64,000 bases of DNA from Eledone cirrhosa (lineage: Eukaryota): contig OZ024742.1 in assembly GCA_964016885.1 (NCBI GenBank), positions 71,362,001-71,426,000 of the forward strand, given 5' to 3'. Both the position numbers and the translations under genes were made by a program. A model generated the notes under the pieces. It was not told the origin of the DNA and did not search any database. It worked only from the letters and a program-made list of their open reading frames with translations. Below are positions 35,768 through 49,477 of the stretch, piece after piece. How positions within the stretch are numbered: position 1 is the first letter of the stretch; each line of letters starts with the position of its first letter.

Positions 35768-38700
35768 AGAGAACTAATGTAAATGACAGGAACATAGCTG
35801 GAAGTAAATGAGTACTGTTGCTTTTGTATGTCAAAGTTGGGTATTTAATATATTAATTATAATAATGATGATGGTGATGATGGGTGTTGAAGACATTTCC
35901 AGTTTTGTATAATAAAGTTTAACTTGTATATCATATAGCATTTGTGTAACATTTGTAGAATTAATTTTGTCAAGTTAATAGTTGCTGCTAAGTACTGGTT
36001 GCAGTTGTAATCTGAAATGTCCCTCTTTTGACATTACAGCTCACACTCTTCTATTATCCTCTTATGTATTGTATATAATCCAGTAGAAGCAGTTGTCAAA
36101 CCTGTGAAAAGAAACTGATATAGTAAGTCAAGTTGTCTGTAATAGAGAACTTTGGATATTGCTGAGTGGTTAAGAAGTTTGGACATAAACATGGGTTAAG
36201 AAGTTTGTTTCATAATCATGAGCTCCACGGTTCAATCCTACTGTGTGGCATTTTGGGCAAGTGTCTTTACCATAGCCTCAGGTTGACCCATGACTTGTAA
36301 GTGAAATAGGGTAAAGGAAAACTGTGTAAGCCTGTCAGATAGATTATACCTGTAATTCAAAGGTCCTTGTCACATACATATTTTGTCATGTTGATTCTGC
36401 CTGAAAATTGCATTAAAGGTACATATGTCTGTAGAATACTCAACCACTTACATGTGAACTCATGGGCTGGATGTTTAGTTAATTGACCAACTGAATGTAA
36501 CATCATTGGAACAGAGAATCCATCAGTAGAGAACTTATTGGCAATATGCTAACATCTATATGAAAGGCTCAATAATTCACATGAAATTGAAGGACATCCA
36601 ACTGTAGAAATTCTCATCCCAGTTTCTACTTGTATTGGCTTAGCTTGTACCAGATATATCTTTGACTGTCCACAGTTGCTTGTTGGTGGCTAGGTCAGAC
36701 CTAGTTCACATTCCATTTGAAAAGACTAGATATTTGGACGAGTGATGGAAGCAAAATCTGCTATGAGGACTTTACCTCTCATATATAAAAGTTAGTCTGT
36801 CCCAAGCTCTGTTGTTGTTGAGTAGATAAATATTTTCTGGGATAGCTTGTATGTATATTATAGATAACTCTCCCATGTGGTCTATTGTTCTGCTTATTTT
36901 CTTACATCTATTTCAACTGAGGCATCTAGAATTAGGTATACCTTTGAACATTATAACAAAACACCTGCAGTTGATTTTAAATGCAAGATTCATGTCTTGG
37001 CAGTTCATTTCATTTCTACATCTACTTTATGGGTGGTAAACTTAATTTGTCACTGATGTGATATTGGTGTGACACAGGTGTAGCCCCAATGTGACACCAG
37101 TGTAATTGGCTTTTGAGAACCTTTAAGAGTTTCCTCCGTTTTAAATGTCTGTGCTAGGTGTTATGGTTAAAGATATCCTATCTTCCCTCTCTACCAGTCT
37201 TGGATGCCTTGAAAAGGATCATGGAAGATGTTCTTTCTCTTGATTAAGTAATAACAAATATGTATATATATATAAACACACACATTGGATAAATTCTGGT
37301 TTGAGCCTGCAAATTGCAAAGTCTTTGTTCTAATAAACAAGACTGTTTGTGGCTCATCCATTCTGGTAAATAATTGATTTTATTTCATCAGCCTTTGTAA
37401 TTTTTGTCAGCTCATTTGTATGTGTCTCCCTAAACTTTGTATCAAATATGATGTAAAATTCTCTGCCCCAGTCTTGTATTCACTCCACCAATCTTCCTTT
37501 TCTTCCTCACATCTTTAAACTGAGAGAAACCTAAGTGTACTTATGTAGGTCTATATATGTCCTCTTCACACATAAAAATAATTGACTGTGTAGAGACAAC
37601 AACGATAACATTCTCTCTATTTCCGGATATTTTACACTGCAAACACAAAATTGTGTTGTAGATGAGGATTTGGATTCAGGTGATAAAGATTGCCAAGTTT
37701 TAAGTCTCTATTTAACTGCCTCATGTCAAATTGACAAAAATAGCTGCATCAGTCAATCTCTGTCTCAACTCTCAGCTCTCTTCACACGTTTATCAATCCC
37801 CCCCCCTCTCCCTATTAACCTATAATCCCCCCACTAGTATCCTGTTTAATGTCTTGCATATTTGTGTGACTCAGTAGGAAAATTTGGTTGTGTGTGCAGA
37901 TGCATGTCTGTAAATATTAGGAGTGTGTCTGTATGTTAATAAAAATCTGTATGCGTGTATGTGTGCATCTGTTAGTAAGTGTCAAGTGTCTCATTAGTAA
38001 AGTCATTACTAAATAGATTAATAGTGAAATAGAAAATTAAGAAATTTTAGATCCGTGATTCTCAGCTGATGCATAGTGAAATACTACTTTCACAATAAAC
38101 CATGTACTGCAGTACACTGGTGTTCCATAAAATAAAGCTAGGTGCACCATAATTAGTGTACTCTATCCTGTGAGGTTTAGATGGATGTACAATAAGCAGT
38201 GCACATGAGATGAAGCTAGGTGCATCAATCCCAAATATATCTATAAATGCTGCAACCAAAGAATGGGAAGTGAAGATGTGCTACAAGCTTTCTTATTTAC
38301 TTAAGGTTATTTCAATAAAGACATATTTAAGAATCTTCCGTAGATTAAATTATCTATATTTATAGACTAAAATATATAAATTCCTTTTTTTTAAAAAACA
38401 CTTTTGACTTCATGTACAAAGTGTATCAAAATATTTTTACTTCTTCTAAAATGCAAGTAAAAAAATGTTTGGTAACTATTGGTTTTGATACCAAACAACC
38501 TGAAACAACTGGTTCTAATGATATAAATTGTAAATTTTAAAAGTGTTTATATTTATCTTCAAAGTTTCCATCATAATTTTATGTAAAAACACCAATTTAA
38601 TGAGAAAGTTAGTTTTATTATTAAATCTTGTTAACTTGATTATTTCCAAAATTATTTAAAAGTTATAGGCAGTGTCATTCACAAGAAATGTGGTAATGGA

Positions 38701-38984
38701 AGGGTTAAAGACAGAAATTAGAAGCAGTTCTACTTTATTTATCAAATCTGTCTCTGTCTTGTGCAGAATATCCATTGGATATTTTACAGCTGTTTATCTA
38801 CCTATACTAAACATGCTTTTCAGAATCATTTTTTAAGACATTAAAAGAAAACAATAAAGCTATATCGATCCATACATGTCAGTCAAACATGACTGAGGTG
38901 TTGGTGTTATGTGTAATTAGACCGGTAGGCGGTGTTATGTGTAATTAGACCGGTGTTGGTGTTATGTGTAATTAGACCGGTAAG

Positions 38985-39172
38985 GGCGGTGGATTGGCAG
39001 TATCGGTAGAGAGTCGGACACCATGCTTTCCAGCATAGTTACGTCCCTTTACGATCTGAGTTCAAATCCCGCCGAGGTTGACTTTGCCTTTCATTCTTAC
39101 GGGGTCGATAAAATAAAGTACCAGTAATGCACTGGGTAGTTGCTGGCCTTGTGCCTAAAGTAGAAACAGTTA
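38985..39172 (+). mobile_element. Full-length Meta-domain-like tRNA SINE with 18-bp TSD
   Basis: B box gagttcaaatcc, central gcctttcattcttacggggtcgataaaataaagtacc; TSD gttatgtgtaattagacc at 38961 and 39169. Confidence 0.9.
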
Positions 39173-40076
39173 TGTGTAATTAGACCTTTAGAATGTCCAC
39201 ATCTAGAAAATTGATCATTGAGCTGTGATATAAATCATCACATTGAACATTTTATATCTATAAATGTTGAGTTGGTGCAACAGACTTAATCAGAACAACA
39301 GTGTAGTGACATTGTCAAACAGTAAACTAAAAAAAAAAGAGAGTGGGGGAGAAATGTGGAGGGGATAAACTCTACACCCTGGGTGGTATATCTCTGCTGG
39401 GGACCGAGGACAGTGAAAGTTTCAATGGTGAATTTGGCAGAAGAAAATGTCAGTTCAGGGACCAAGAACACCACAGATCTAAATGTTTTCTAATTTCTGT
39501 TTAACTGCAGCTGATGTGTGGAGTGTATCATTTACAAAACAGAAAACAACACACCTCTGGCTAACATTTCCAGATGACCAGATACTTCCTTTCTCACAGC
39601 TTACTCAGGAGCCTAGTGCTCTCTCTTTCTCTCTCTCCTTCTCTCTCTTTCTCTCCCCCCCCTCCCCCCTCTCTCTCTCAAAAGTAGAATCAATGCCTTA
39701 TGCTGTTCATCTTTAATTTGCAATTGGTGGTTGAATTAGTATAGAAGCTCTGAGTAACAGCATAAGACACCAACTGAATAGACACACATATGTGCATACT
39801 GACTTATCCGCACACATACAGACGTAGTAATACATGCACAAACACACATACACTGAAATACACACAAGCACATACACACAGACACTGACATGCACACTCT
39901 CTCAGCCATTTTATTTCTCCAACATCTAGTGCTATTCAATTAACTAGATATGAAGTTGAATCCAATTGTATTGAGAAGCTGGCATATCTATTTGACCTTC
40001 CTCACTTTTTAGCTGTCCAAACTAATTATTAACATCCTAATTAACTTGTTCCTATTTTATTATTTTCAGTCTAAAC

Positions 40077-40560
40077 CAGCATTTCTAATCGGTGTGTGTT
40101 CCCTCCCCAGAACCCTAGGGTTCCACAAGAGATCATTAGGGGCTCCACGAGAAACACTGATAAATAAGCTAATGCATTTTTGAGTAATTTTTATTTAATT
40201 TCCTATTCGTAATTTAACTATACACGTACGGCATATTGTTGGAAAATCCTTGGTTATTATAATAAAGGCTTCAACCTCTTATATTGTTTAAAACTAGGTC
40301 GTAAAATACACACACACACACAAACAACCCCCAAATTAACTCTATGTATTATATACATATATATTTGTGTGGTGACGGACACATACCATGGTTTTTTTTA
40401 AAGTATGTGTTGCGTTGTCTATATGTAGAGGGACATACAGAAACACACACACGCGTTGTTTTACACACGTTGACGAATAGATATTTATAATGGTATGTAA
40501 TAAATTTTATGCAGGGTTTCCCTGAGACATGAAAACTATTTTAAGGGGTGAGAAACGTTG
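40077..40560. mobile_element. Non-autonomous hAT (Charlie-like) MITE
   Basis: 8-bp TSD gtctaaac (40069-40076 and 40561-40568), TIRs cagcatttct / agaaacgttg. Confidence 0.82.
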
Positions 40561-40643
40561 GTCTAAACCTTTGTTTAGCACCCTTTCCATCACATGTTGC
40601 AAATTAACAAGTTTTTCCCAACTTCTTTATTTCTACCACGCGC

Positions 40644-40686
<43 letters not shown>

Positions 40687-40825
40687 GTACTTCTGCAGCT
40701 GCTGTTGCAACAGGTGACAAACAATAAGAATTAACTTGTCAACTGTGATAGTCTTTCAAACGGCTTATCCTAGTCTTTAGTGACACTTCTTAACAGCCTA
40801 ATCCACTTTGTCCAAATAGGAGATA

Positions 40826-41220
40826 TAACACTATCGACAACAACACTATCAATGACAACAATAACAACAGCACTATCGACAACAACAACAACAGCACTAT
40901 CGACAACAACACTATCAACAACCACATTATAAGCAATTGCATTAACAACTACAACAATACTATCAACAACAGCTACACTATCAACAACAACAGCTACACT
41001 ATCAACAACAGCTACACTATCAATGGCAACAGCAACACTATCAACAACAACAAAGACCACACTATCAACAACGACAGCAACACTATCAATGACAGCAACT
41101 TTATCAACAATAAAACTATCAACAACAATCACACTATCAACATCAATACTATTAACAACAGCACTATCAACGAGACTATCAATAACAACCACACTATCAA
41201 CAACATTCTCAACAACAACA
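40826..41220. repeat. ACA-rich minisatellite (acaacagcactatca variants)
   Basis: Tandem 15-21-bp units. Confidence 0.85.
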
Positions 41221-41579
41221 CACTTTCATCACAATAATAAACAGATTTTCTTTGTTTCTAACAAATACTAGCAACTTGTAGTTTATATTGTGATAGTTCT
41301 TTATGTGTCTGTGTGTGGAGAGAAATAGTTAGACATCATTGGTTGTACAGGTATTACATACTCATTTACACTTACACACATACCCCTTACATGTATAAAC
41401 AAACACCTTACATGTATATACTCCTTACACACACACACACACACGTGTATATATATATATATATACCTTATATGTATATACACTTTACATGTATATATGT
41501 ACCTTACATGTATATGCATTTACAAGCAACATTTACATCTTCATAGCTGTATACATGTATATATTTTCTATATCACAAT

Positions 41580-41845
41580 ATGTAAAGTAGTTGTGTAGGT
41601 GTCATGACAAAAAAGCACCCAGTCCACACTGTAAAGTGGTTGTGTAAGGCACCACAGTAAAAAGCAGCCAGTACTAACTGTAAATGAGGTTGGTGTTAGG
41701 AAGTGTTTCCAGCTGTAGAAATCAAGCCAAAATCAGTTCTGTATGAGCAAGACATGGTCACCTGACCTGGCATTACCCACAACAGGACAACCTGTCTGAC
41801 CCAAGCTAGCATGGAAGAATGGACGTAAAACAGTGATGATGATCA
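41580..41845 (+). mobile_element. RTE family B-type 3'UTR fragment
   Basis: Matches 25940-26207 and ends in gatgatgat. Confidence 0.82.
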
Positions 41846-44358
41846 TCATCATTGGTTCCTGGTTTGCAATTGACCAGTCATTGGTTCACTGTATTTCTGA
41901 TGACTGCAGTGGTAACAGAGTGTCTATAACTTGGTCAGTCAATGGACCAGTCATTAACTCACTCTATTTTTGATGACCACTTAGACAACAGAGTGACTCT
42001 TAGGAAGTTTCTTGAAGATAAACCAACTTTCTAAAGCATTGTTTTTTTTTTCTTCAGTTTTTTTTTCACAAATATCTATATCCTTTGCTGATATACACCA
42101 GTGAAAGCTATAAACATACATGCATGCATGAATTATGGGATTCTGCACAGTTACCATCTACCAAATTCCACTCACAAGGTACTGATCAAGCTGAAGTTAT
42201 AGTGTTGCACAGTGGGATTGAAACTAGAGCCACATAGTATCAAAGTGAACTTTTTAACCATACAGTCATGTCGGCATCACTTAGAGATGCATTTGTAAAC
42301 TTCCATCTTTGGCTAAGTTCAATAATTACTATGCAGAGATAATCTGCTACCTCTACCTCTTCAACTTCCTCCTCCACTGAAGCCTGCTTTCATGTCCATG
42401 GTTTGTAGTAACCTGACATAATTCCAATTTAACATTAATCACAGTCTTAAAGGATGCCTAGATGCACTTGTTTCCAATGTCTCAGATCAATAGTCTGCAA
42501 CAATCTATATAACCAAGTTAGAACAATCTCCATCAACTCATTGATCCAACATTTAATGATATTTTGTTTTTCATTAGTTTCATGTCCATTTTCCTCTTTT
42601 TTTCCATGCCGGCATGAGCTGGACGAAGGTTAGAACTTATCCCAGTTTCATGTGGCATTAAACAACTGAAAGTACAAGACATCTCCTGGACAAAAGACCA
42701 GCTCCTAGCTACTACTGGCACTCATATTCTGCTGATGGGTTTGGAGCAATAGAGAATGAAGTGCTACCACCCAATTTGGGGATCAAACCCACAATCTTAT
42801 GAACATGGGACCAATATCTTAAGCTCTGTGCCTAACCACTATAACAAAAGTCAACAAGGATCAAATTAGACCTCAAGATATGTGGCAGAGATCCTTACAA
42901 GGAATGTGGAGTATCACTTAACACTTTTTGGGTTCTTTTAACTGAGTGAACTCTGTTGCAAACTAGTAGACCAAGTCTTCTGTCTGTGCAGTTTAATATC
43001 TTCAAATAATTTTATCTCTTACTTCATACTACTGCAAGCCTGTTTTTACTCCTGTTTTCACTACCAGTCCCTGTGGGCTTGCATTGTGACATACATTGTG
43101 TGTGTCTGCATATTTACAGACGTACATACAAGACAAACATGTATACACACTCAAACACAAGTACATATATGAAAATGGATGTATAAACATATGTATATGT
43201 GTGTATAAATATGTGTCTGTGTATATGCATGCACAGAAATATAAAAAGAAAAATGCATGTATATAGATACACATGCATATACACAGGTATATACAAAGAC
43301 ACACAAATACGCATATACATATTTTGCAAGCATACAACCATGTATCTAGAGAAAAGTCGGTGTGGCCAGTTATAATAATAATATTTAAAACTGATTGGGT
43401 AGGATAGCTTGATGTGAGTTATAGCATTGCTCTTTTGACTGACTTTACTGTGTAAATGTTATATGCCATGTATTATTCTCTCTCTCTCTCTTTTCTATAC
43501 CTCCTGCTTAGCTTTTGATAATCTAGTTGAATGCTAAGCATTGGCATCATGAAGATTGTTGACCACCTTCAATCTACCACTTAGATATGCTAATGCCTGC
43601 TGGAGCTAGCTATCAATATTGGATTTTATTTTTATTTTCTCTCAGTTTTGTTAGCATAAAGTATGAGATTTTCTTTGTAAAGCTTAAAGGTGTGTATGTG
43701 GGGGCTTGGTGGTATTGGGTGGTGGTATGTTCATGTTTTTTCTAAAGGTATTGGTAATACATGATGCCAAGTGGTTTCCACTGAGAATTGGGACAAGATG
43801 GGAAGGCAAACCAGCATAAAAATCTCAACCCTCTAGAAATAGCTGCCAAATCTCCCTCAAATCAGACCCTAAGTTTTGAAAACTTAGAAAAAAATGAACA
43901 AACAAAAAATACAAGAATTTCTCGATCAGATCTACCATGGGTCTGCACAACAGCAACAGTTTGATGATGAAAAATAGTTATAACAAAAACAACAACATGA
44001 GCTAAATAATGAAAAATAGTTATGATGGTGTACCTCATTAACAAGACATTTTTGAAAAGTACAAAGTAGCACCACAACTGCATCAGCTTAAAGCTCTTAC
44101 CTTATTGCAAATTTCCACAACAATTTGTTCTAACAAAGCTATTATAAACATTTGAATTAACAAACCTTTTTTTTAGACATTTTCTGATAAATCATTACAG
44201 AATGTTAAGGGTTAATGTTTGACTAGTTTCATGCATTTGTACATAAAACACTTCTCTTTCTTCACTCTTATTTCTCTCTCTTCCCCTCATTCTCTCTTGC
44301 CTCCCTTCCTCCTTCTCTCTCTATATGTATATATATATGATGATGATGATGATATATA

Positions 44359-44427
44359 TAGAAGTGGTTACACAACAGTTAGTTCACCATACAATATGGT
44401 GAACTAACTGTTGTGTAACCACTTCTA
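44359..44427. repeat. Perfect hairpin (33-bp arms, 3-nt loop) at the edge of a TA-embedded insert
   Basis: tagaagtggttacacaacagttagttcaccata caa tatggtgaactaactgttgtgtaaccacttcta. Confidence 0.92.
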
Positions 44428-44529
44428 CTTAACTCGTCCCATGGACTGAGTGCTCTACCACTACGGATATTACCTTCCAGTGTTCTACCACTATATATAT
44501 ATATTTATTAAAATAACAGATTAAAGTTT

Positions 44530-44568
44530 AAGCAAAGAATCGCTGCTTTCACCCTTAACGGGATCTTC
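44530..44568 (-). ncRNA. Hammerhead remnant truncated inside the CTGAAGA core
   Basis: Minus strand (TA)n-GAAGA t-ccc-gttaa-ggg-t GAAA gc...gc tt, followed by a short tail with aataaa. Confidence 0.5.
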
Positions 44569-44618
44569 TATATATATATCTTAATATATATATTAATAAC
44601 TATTATTATTAATATATA

Positions 44619-46831
44619 TGTTTTACAACGTGAGGACCAGAAACAGGAGGTATTCAAGATTGCGAGGCAGTGTGTCAGAGATAGTTGTGATGACATTGGA
44701 GAGAAGTGTATCCGGAATGATAAAGGTGAGCTTGCCCTCACAAGTGCTGAGAAGAAAGATGCATGGAAGAGTCATTATGATAGATTACTAAATGAGGAGA
44801 ATGCATGGGAAGAAGAGACCCTACCCCACGTAGACCCTATAGAGGGACCAGCAGTACAAGTCAGCGGCAGCGTAGTAAGTAAGGCAATCAGAGATATGAA
44901 GATAGGGAAGGCAACCGGTCCATCGGGTATAGCTGCCGAGATGCTGAAGGCATCTGGGTCTGTAGGTCACACTATAACCACACGTATCGTTAACCAGGTA
45001 ATACTAGAGGGGGCCATACCAAAAGATTGGTGCAGTAGCATCATTGTCAACTGCTACAAAGGTAAAGGCGATGCACTAGATAGAGGAAACTATAGAGGTA
45101 TAAAGTTGATGGACCAGGTCATGAAAGTAACAGAAAGAGTTATAGCACAGCTGATTAGGGACCGGGTGAATATAGACGAGATGCAATTTGGGTTTGTACC
45201 AGGGAAAGGCACCACTGATGCGCTCTTCCTTGTGAGGCAATTACAGGAAAAGTACCTAGCTAAAAGTAAGCCACTCTACTTGGCATTTGTCGACCTTGAG
45301 AAAGCCTTTGACAGAGTTCCACGTGCAGTAATCTGGTGGGCTCTTAGAAAACTAGGAGTAGATGAATGGCTTGTGAAAGCGGTACAAGCCATGTATAGGG
45401 GAGCAGTCAGCAAAGTTAGGATTGGCAATGAGTATAGCGAGGAATTTAGCGTACAGGTTGGGGTCCACCAGGGCTCTGTTCTTAGCCCTCTCCTGTTCAT
45501 CATAGTCCTGCAGGCAATAACGGAGGAGTTTAAGATCGGATGCCCATGGGAACTCCTGTATGCTGATGACCTCGCACTCATAGCTGAATCTATGGTAGAA
45601 CTAGAGAATAAATTCCAAACCTGGAAGCAGGGACTAGAGAGAAAGGGCCTCAAAGTCAACATGACAAAGACTAAGGTCCTTATAAGTAGACGAGAAAACA
45701 GAACCCAGATCCCCTCAGGGAAATGGCCTTGCTCAGTAGGTAGGAAAGGTGTAGGTAGGAACTCCATTCTTTGCCCCAAATGCAAACAATGGGTACACAA
45801 GAGATGTAGCGGGATCTCAGGAAGCTTAATTAAGAATGTAGGATTCACATGCAGCAGCTGTGCTGAAACAGCAAGCAAACAGCCACAGGAAACAAGTACC
45901 ACCAATCTCTGGGAGGGCCCTGTAGAAACAGTAGACAGCTTCTGCTACCTAGGTGACCGAATTAGCAACGGAGGTGGGTGCTCAGAAAGTACAATAACTA
46001 GGGTAAGAACGGGATGGAAGAAGTTTAGGGAACTACTACCACTGCTAGCTGCAAAAGGCTTCTCCCTCAGAATGAAAGGCAGACTGTATGATGCGTGTAT
46101 CCGAACAGCGATGTTGCATGGTAGTGAGACCTGGGCGCTGAAGGTGGAAGACTTACGTAGATTAGAGAGAAACGAAGCCTGCATGCTCCGATGGATGTGT
46201 AACAGTAATATACGTGAACGACAAAGCATAAAGGAATTGAGAGAGAGACTGAGCATAAGAGGAATCAAATGCTGCGTGCAGGAGAGGCGGTTACGCTGGT
46301 ATGGACATGTGATGCGTATGAAGGATGACAGCTGCATAAAAAGGTGCAGAGCACTAGAAGTTGATGGAAACCGCGGAGTGGGGAGACCCAAGATTACCTG
46401 GGATGAGGTGATAAAAGCCGACCTTACCCAATTACACCTCCCAAAGGCAATGACACACGACCGTGACTTCTGGCGTCACGCAGTAATACAGGGTACCCGA
46501 CCTCCCATGGGTACATGCTGAAGCATATAAACAAAATGCCCCCCCCCCCCCCCCCCCCACCGCAAGGTGGTCGTGGAGGTGCCACGGCAAAAAAGCACCC
46601 AGCCCACACTGTAAAGTGGACGTGTAGGCGCCACGAAAAAGCACCCAGCACTCACTGTAAATGAGGTTGGTGTTAGGAAGGGCATCCAGCTGTAGAAATC
46701 AAGCCAGATCAGTTCCTGTATGAGCAAGGCATGGTCAGCCGACCAGACACTGCCCACAACAGGACAACCCGTCTAACCCATGCTAGCGTGGAAGAACGGA
46801 CGTAAAACGGTGATGATGATGATGATGATGA
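44619..46831 (+). mobile_element. RTE LINE family B, 5'-truncated, with uninterrupted ORF
   Basis: Nearly identical to 24002-26207; (GAT)n tail. Confidence 0.96.
44620..46521 (+). CDS. RTE ORF2 portion: reverse transcriptase, PHD-like finger, C-terminal domain (no endonuclease, so non-autonomous)
   Basis: Open frame from the truncation point to the stop; NYRGIKL, QFGF, DLEKAFD, GVHQGSVLSP, YADD, FCYLG. Confidence 0.85.
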   Translation, partial: VLQREDQKQEVFKIARQCVRDSCDDIGEKCIRNDKGELALTSAEKKDAWKSHYDRLLNEENAWEEETLPHVDPIEGPAVQVSGSVVSKAIRDMKIGKATGPSGIAAEMLKASGSVGHTITTRIVNQVILEGAIPKDWCSSIIVNCYKGKGDALDRGNYRGIKLMDQVMKVTERVIAQLIRDRVNIDEMQFGFVPGKGTTDALFLVRQLQEKYLAKSKPLYLAFVDLEKAFDRVPRAVIWWALRKLGVDEWLVKAVQAMYRGAVSKVRIGNEYSEEFSVQVGVHQGSVLSPLLFIIVLQAITEEFKIGCPWELLYADDLALIAESMVELENKFQTWKQGLERKGLKVNMTKTKVLISRRENRTQIPSGKWPCSVGRKGVGRNSILCPKCKQWVHKRCSGISGSLIKNVGFTCSSCAETASKQPQETSTTNLWEGPVETVDSFCYLGDRISNGGGCSESTITRVRTGWKKFRELLPLLAAKGFSLRMKGRLYDACIRTAMLHGSETWALKVEDLRRLERNEACMLRWMCNSNIRERQSIKELRERLSIRGIKCCVQERRLRWYGHVMRMKDDSCIKRCRALEVDGNRGVGRPKITWDEVIKADLTQLHLPKAMTHDRDFWRHAVIQGTRPPMGTC

Positions 46832-46832
46832 T

Positions 46833-47040
46833 AGTGCGGTGGATTGGCAAGTGCGGTGGATTGGCAGTATCAGTAGAGGGTCGGACGCCATGCTTTCCAG
46901 CATAGTTACGTCCCTTTACGATCTGAGTTCAAATCCCGCCAAGGTTGACTTTGCCTTTCATCCTTACGGGGTCGATAAAATAAAGTACCAGTAATGCACT
47001 GGGTATTTGCTGGCCTTGTGCCTAAAGTAGAAACAATTAT
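46833..47040 (+). mobile_element. Meta-domain-like SINE with duplicated 5' end, directly after the RTE tail
   Basis: agtgcggtggattggca twice, then SINE body and gaaacaattat tail. Confidence 0.88.
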
Positions 47041-47042
47041 TA

Positions 47043-47079
<37 letters not shown>

Positions 47080-47817
47080 CACCTAATTCAGAACAGTGTA
47101 GCTAGAAACAATTCCAAGTCTAACAACTGTTTTAGCAATGGATGTCCTTGTGTTATTAAGTTCATGGCGTGATGTAGTAACCTGCTGTATTACAAACCTC
47201 TCAAACCCATGCCAACATATAAAAAATGTGTATAAAATTGCTGCTTCAGATGGATCCAAACCTTGTTAGTGAAATTAAGTTCAGAAAAACCATGTAGAAG
47301 CTCGTTAAATGGTCATAGAGCCAGTCCTGTCTATCTTATTCTACCTGGAATGGACAGGAGGCTAGCCTTATCATCAGTCAATCTTATTCTACTTAGGATG
47401 GGAATCAAACTCACATCCTTATGCTTGCAAATTCAATTCTCTAACGACTCAGCCATGTGCCTTAACACTAATGTGATATATTTTATATGAATCCATTCTA
47501 ATTCTCAATGTTAATCAGAAATCTTATCTAATCTAAAGTTACTGTAAATAGCCATGTAAAAGTTGACTTATTGTTTGCCAAAACATTTTGATTTCTCCAT
47601 GTATCTCCTTTAAAGGTCAACCGTAGGCCTACATTGACAACAAATTAACATTTGTGAATCAAGTTATTAATCTGTAACAGAAAATGTTATGATGAGGAAA
47701 TTAATTTTCCCCCACTATTATATTTGGAGGTATGCAAGTGGAAATATTTATAAGAGATATGTGGCCTAATTTATGTGTTTTGGTAGTAGGAAGTGTTTAG
47801 ATGTGTAGAAATATTGG

Positions 47818-48012
47818 GGCGGTGGCTTGGCAGAATCGGTAGGGTGTTGGACAAATGCTTAGCAGTATTTGTTCCAGGTCTTTACGTTCTGATTTCATCC
47901 TAATTGGGGGGGGGGGGGGTCGATAAAATAAAGTACCAGTAATGCACTGGGTTCGATTTCATCCCCTTTCCCTCCCCCCAAAATTGTTGGCCTTGTGCTT
48001 AAATCATAAACC
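47818..48012 (+). mobile_element. Variant Meta-like SINE
   Basis: ggcggtggcttggcagaatcggtag head and gtcgataaaataaagtaccag. Confidence 0.75.
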
Positions 48013-48584
48013 ATCATTACTATAACTCATTGTTTTTTTTAAATTTAGAGTTTGTTTGTGTTTCTGTTTATTGGTATGGTATTTTGGATTGTAGTAGGAA
48101 CTTCATTCCTCCAAAAGTATACAAACAACGCACATACATTCACCTAAAAAAAACTATGTACAATAGTTTTCTAAGCTAAAAACTAATTGTATACATAGAC
48201 TCACTAAAGGAGATATCTTATGTACAAGCACACATACAACAGTTAAACATTAAGTTAACCCTCTGAATTTAACCTCAATAATAGTCAACCATATAAATTT
48301 GACCTTGAAACATAGTCTCTGATATTCAACTTTTTTATGAGTATATAGAATAAGTAATCAAAACGTTAAATAATGAAATCAAAATCAAATCAATCCCTGT
48401 AACCTATGTGTAGATTAATAGTAGTATTTCAGTGTATTTTACCTTCCCAGCTACTATTAATTGTTATAACTGCCAATATTGGAAAGAAATTACATTAGTC
48501 TACTGATGTGGGAATTTAGTAGAATCCTATTTCATTTCTCTTCAGATTTTTTTGCATATAAACTATAAATTCACCCTACAGATG

Positions 48585-48915
48585 GTATGGTATGACCTCA
48601 TAACTCCTGATGGAGTTGTGGGGGTGCAGTAGTGACATATGGTGTTTGTTGGGTATTTTAAGCCTGATGGAGCCCATCCCTCTTCAGGTCTGAACACAGC
48701 ATATTTCTTTTAGACAAAGATAGAAAAGGAGAAAGAGGAAGTGGAAGTTATAGAGGAAGAATCAACCCCTGTACTAGACTTGTACTTTATTTTTTATCGA
48801 TCTTGAAAGGATGGTAGGCAGAGTTAACTTCAGCAGAATTTGAACTGAGAGAGCAGAGAGCTGGAATGGATACTGCAAAACATTTTTTCCACCATTCTAG
48901 CAACTTTGCCAATTT
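48585..48915 (-). mobile_element. Older Meta-like SINE
   Basis: Reverse match to the 23056/26207 and 30955 copies. Confidence 0.65.
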
Positions 48916-49477
48916 TCCACCTACACCCTACAGATAGATACCTAAATAACTTGCGAGAAATAGCAACCAAATCACCCTTAAATTACACTCTGGATGGGTC
49001 ACATTGGACAATTTAGTCTTAGATAAATAATGCGGTACAGAAGGGTTGAATGGTCTGGCTGAAATGCCTTTTGATTACATGTTTGTTCAATGAAAGCTAA
49101 CATGGAGCTAAACAACAACACAAAGTAAAATTTTATAAAACAAAGGAAAGGTGGAGATTAAAAAAATTGTTTGGATAAAAAAATGGGAATTTCTTAGTTG
49201 TGGTTCAGTCAGCTCTGATGAAGGAGATTTATTATCAAATGCATTCCAATGAGCAGCTCATCATTTTGTATATCAGAAACTATATTGTCCAATATGTTCT
49301 TTCACATTTTTAGTTGGTAGAGTGTGATTTAAAGAGGAGTTGGCTACTATTTCTAGAAGGTGAAACAACTACATGAAGGCTTTCATGTTGGCTCATTTGA
49401 ACTTTGTAATTTTAGTAGTTTCTGAAATACTACAGTGGATGCTAGATAAACTATGAAGGAAGCAAAGAAACTAGATA

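Noticed and set aside
40770-41271. Mucin-like Thr/Ser ORF or Val/Asp ORF
   Set aside because: Minisatellite; the plus frame has an internal stop and there are no convincing splice sites
44101-44183. Possible minus-strand exon with AAG|GTAAG donor (MFIIALLEQIVVEICNK)
   Set aside because: No frame is open across the whole segment unless an A-homopolymer is mis-sized; no supporting homology
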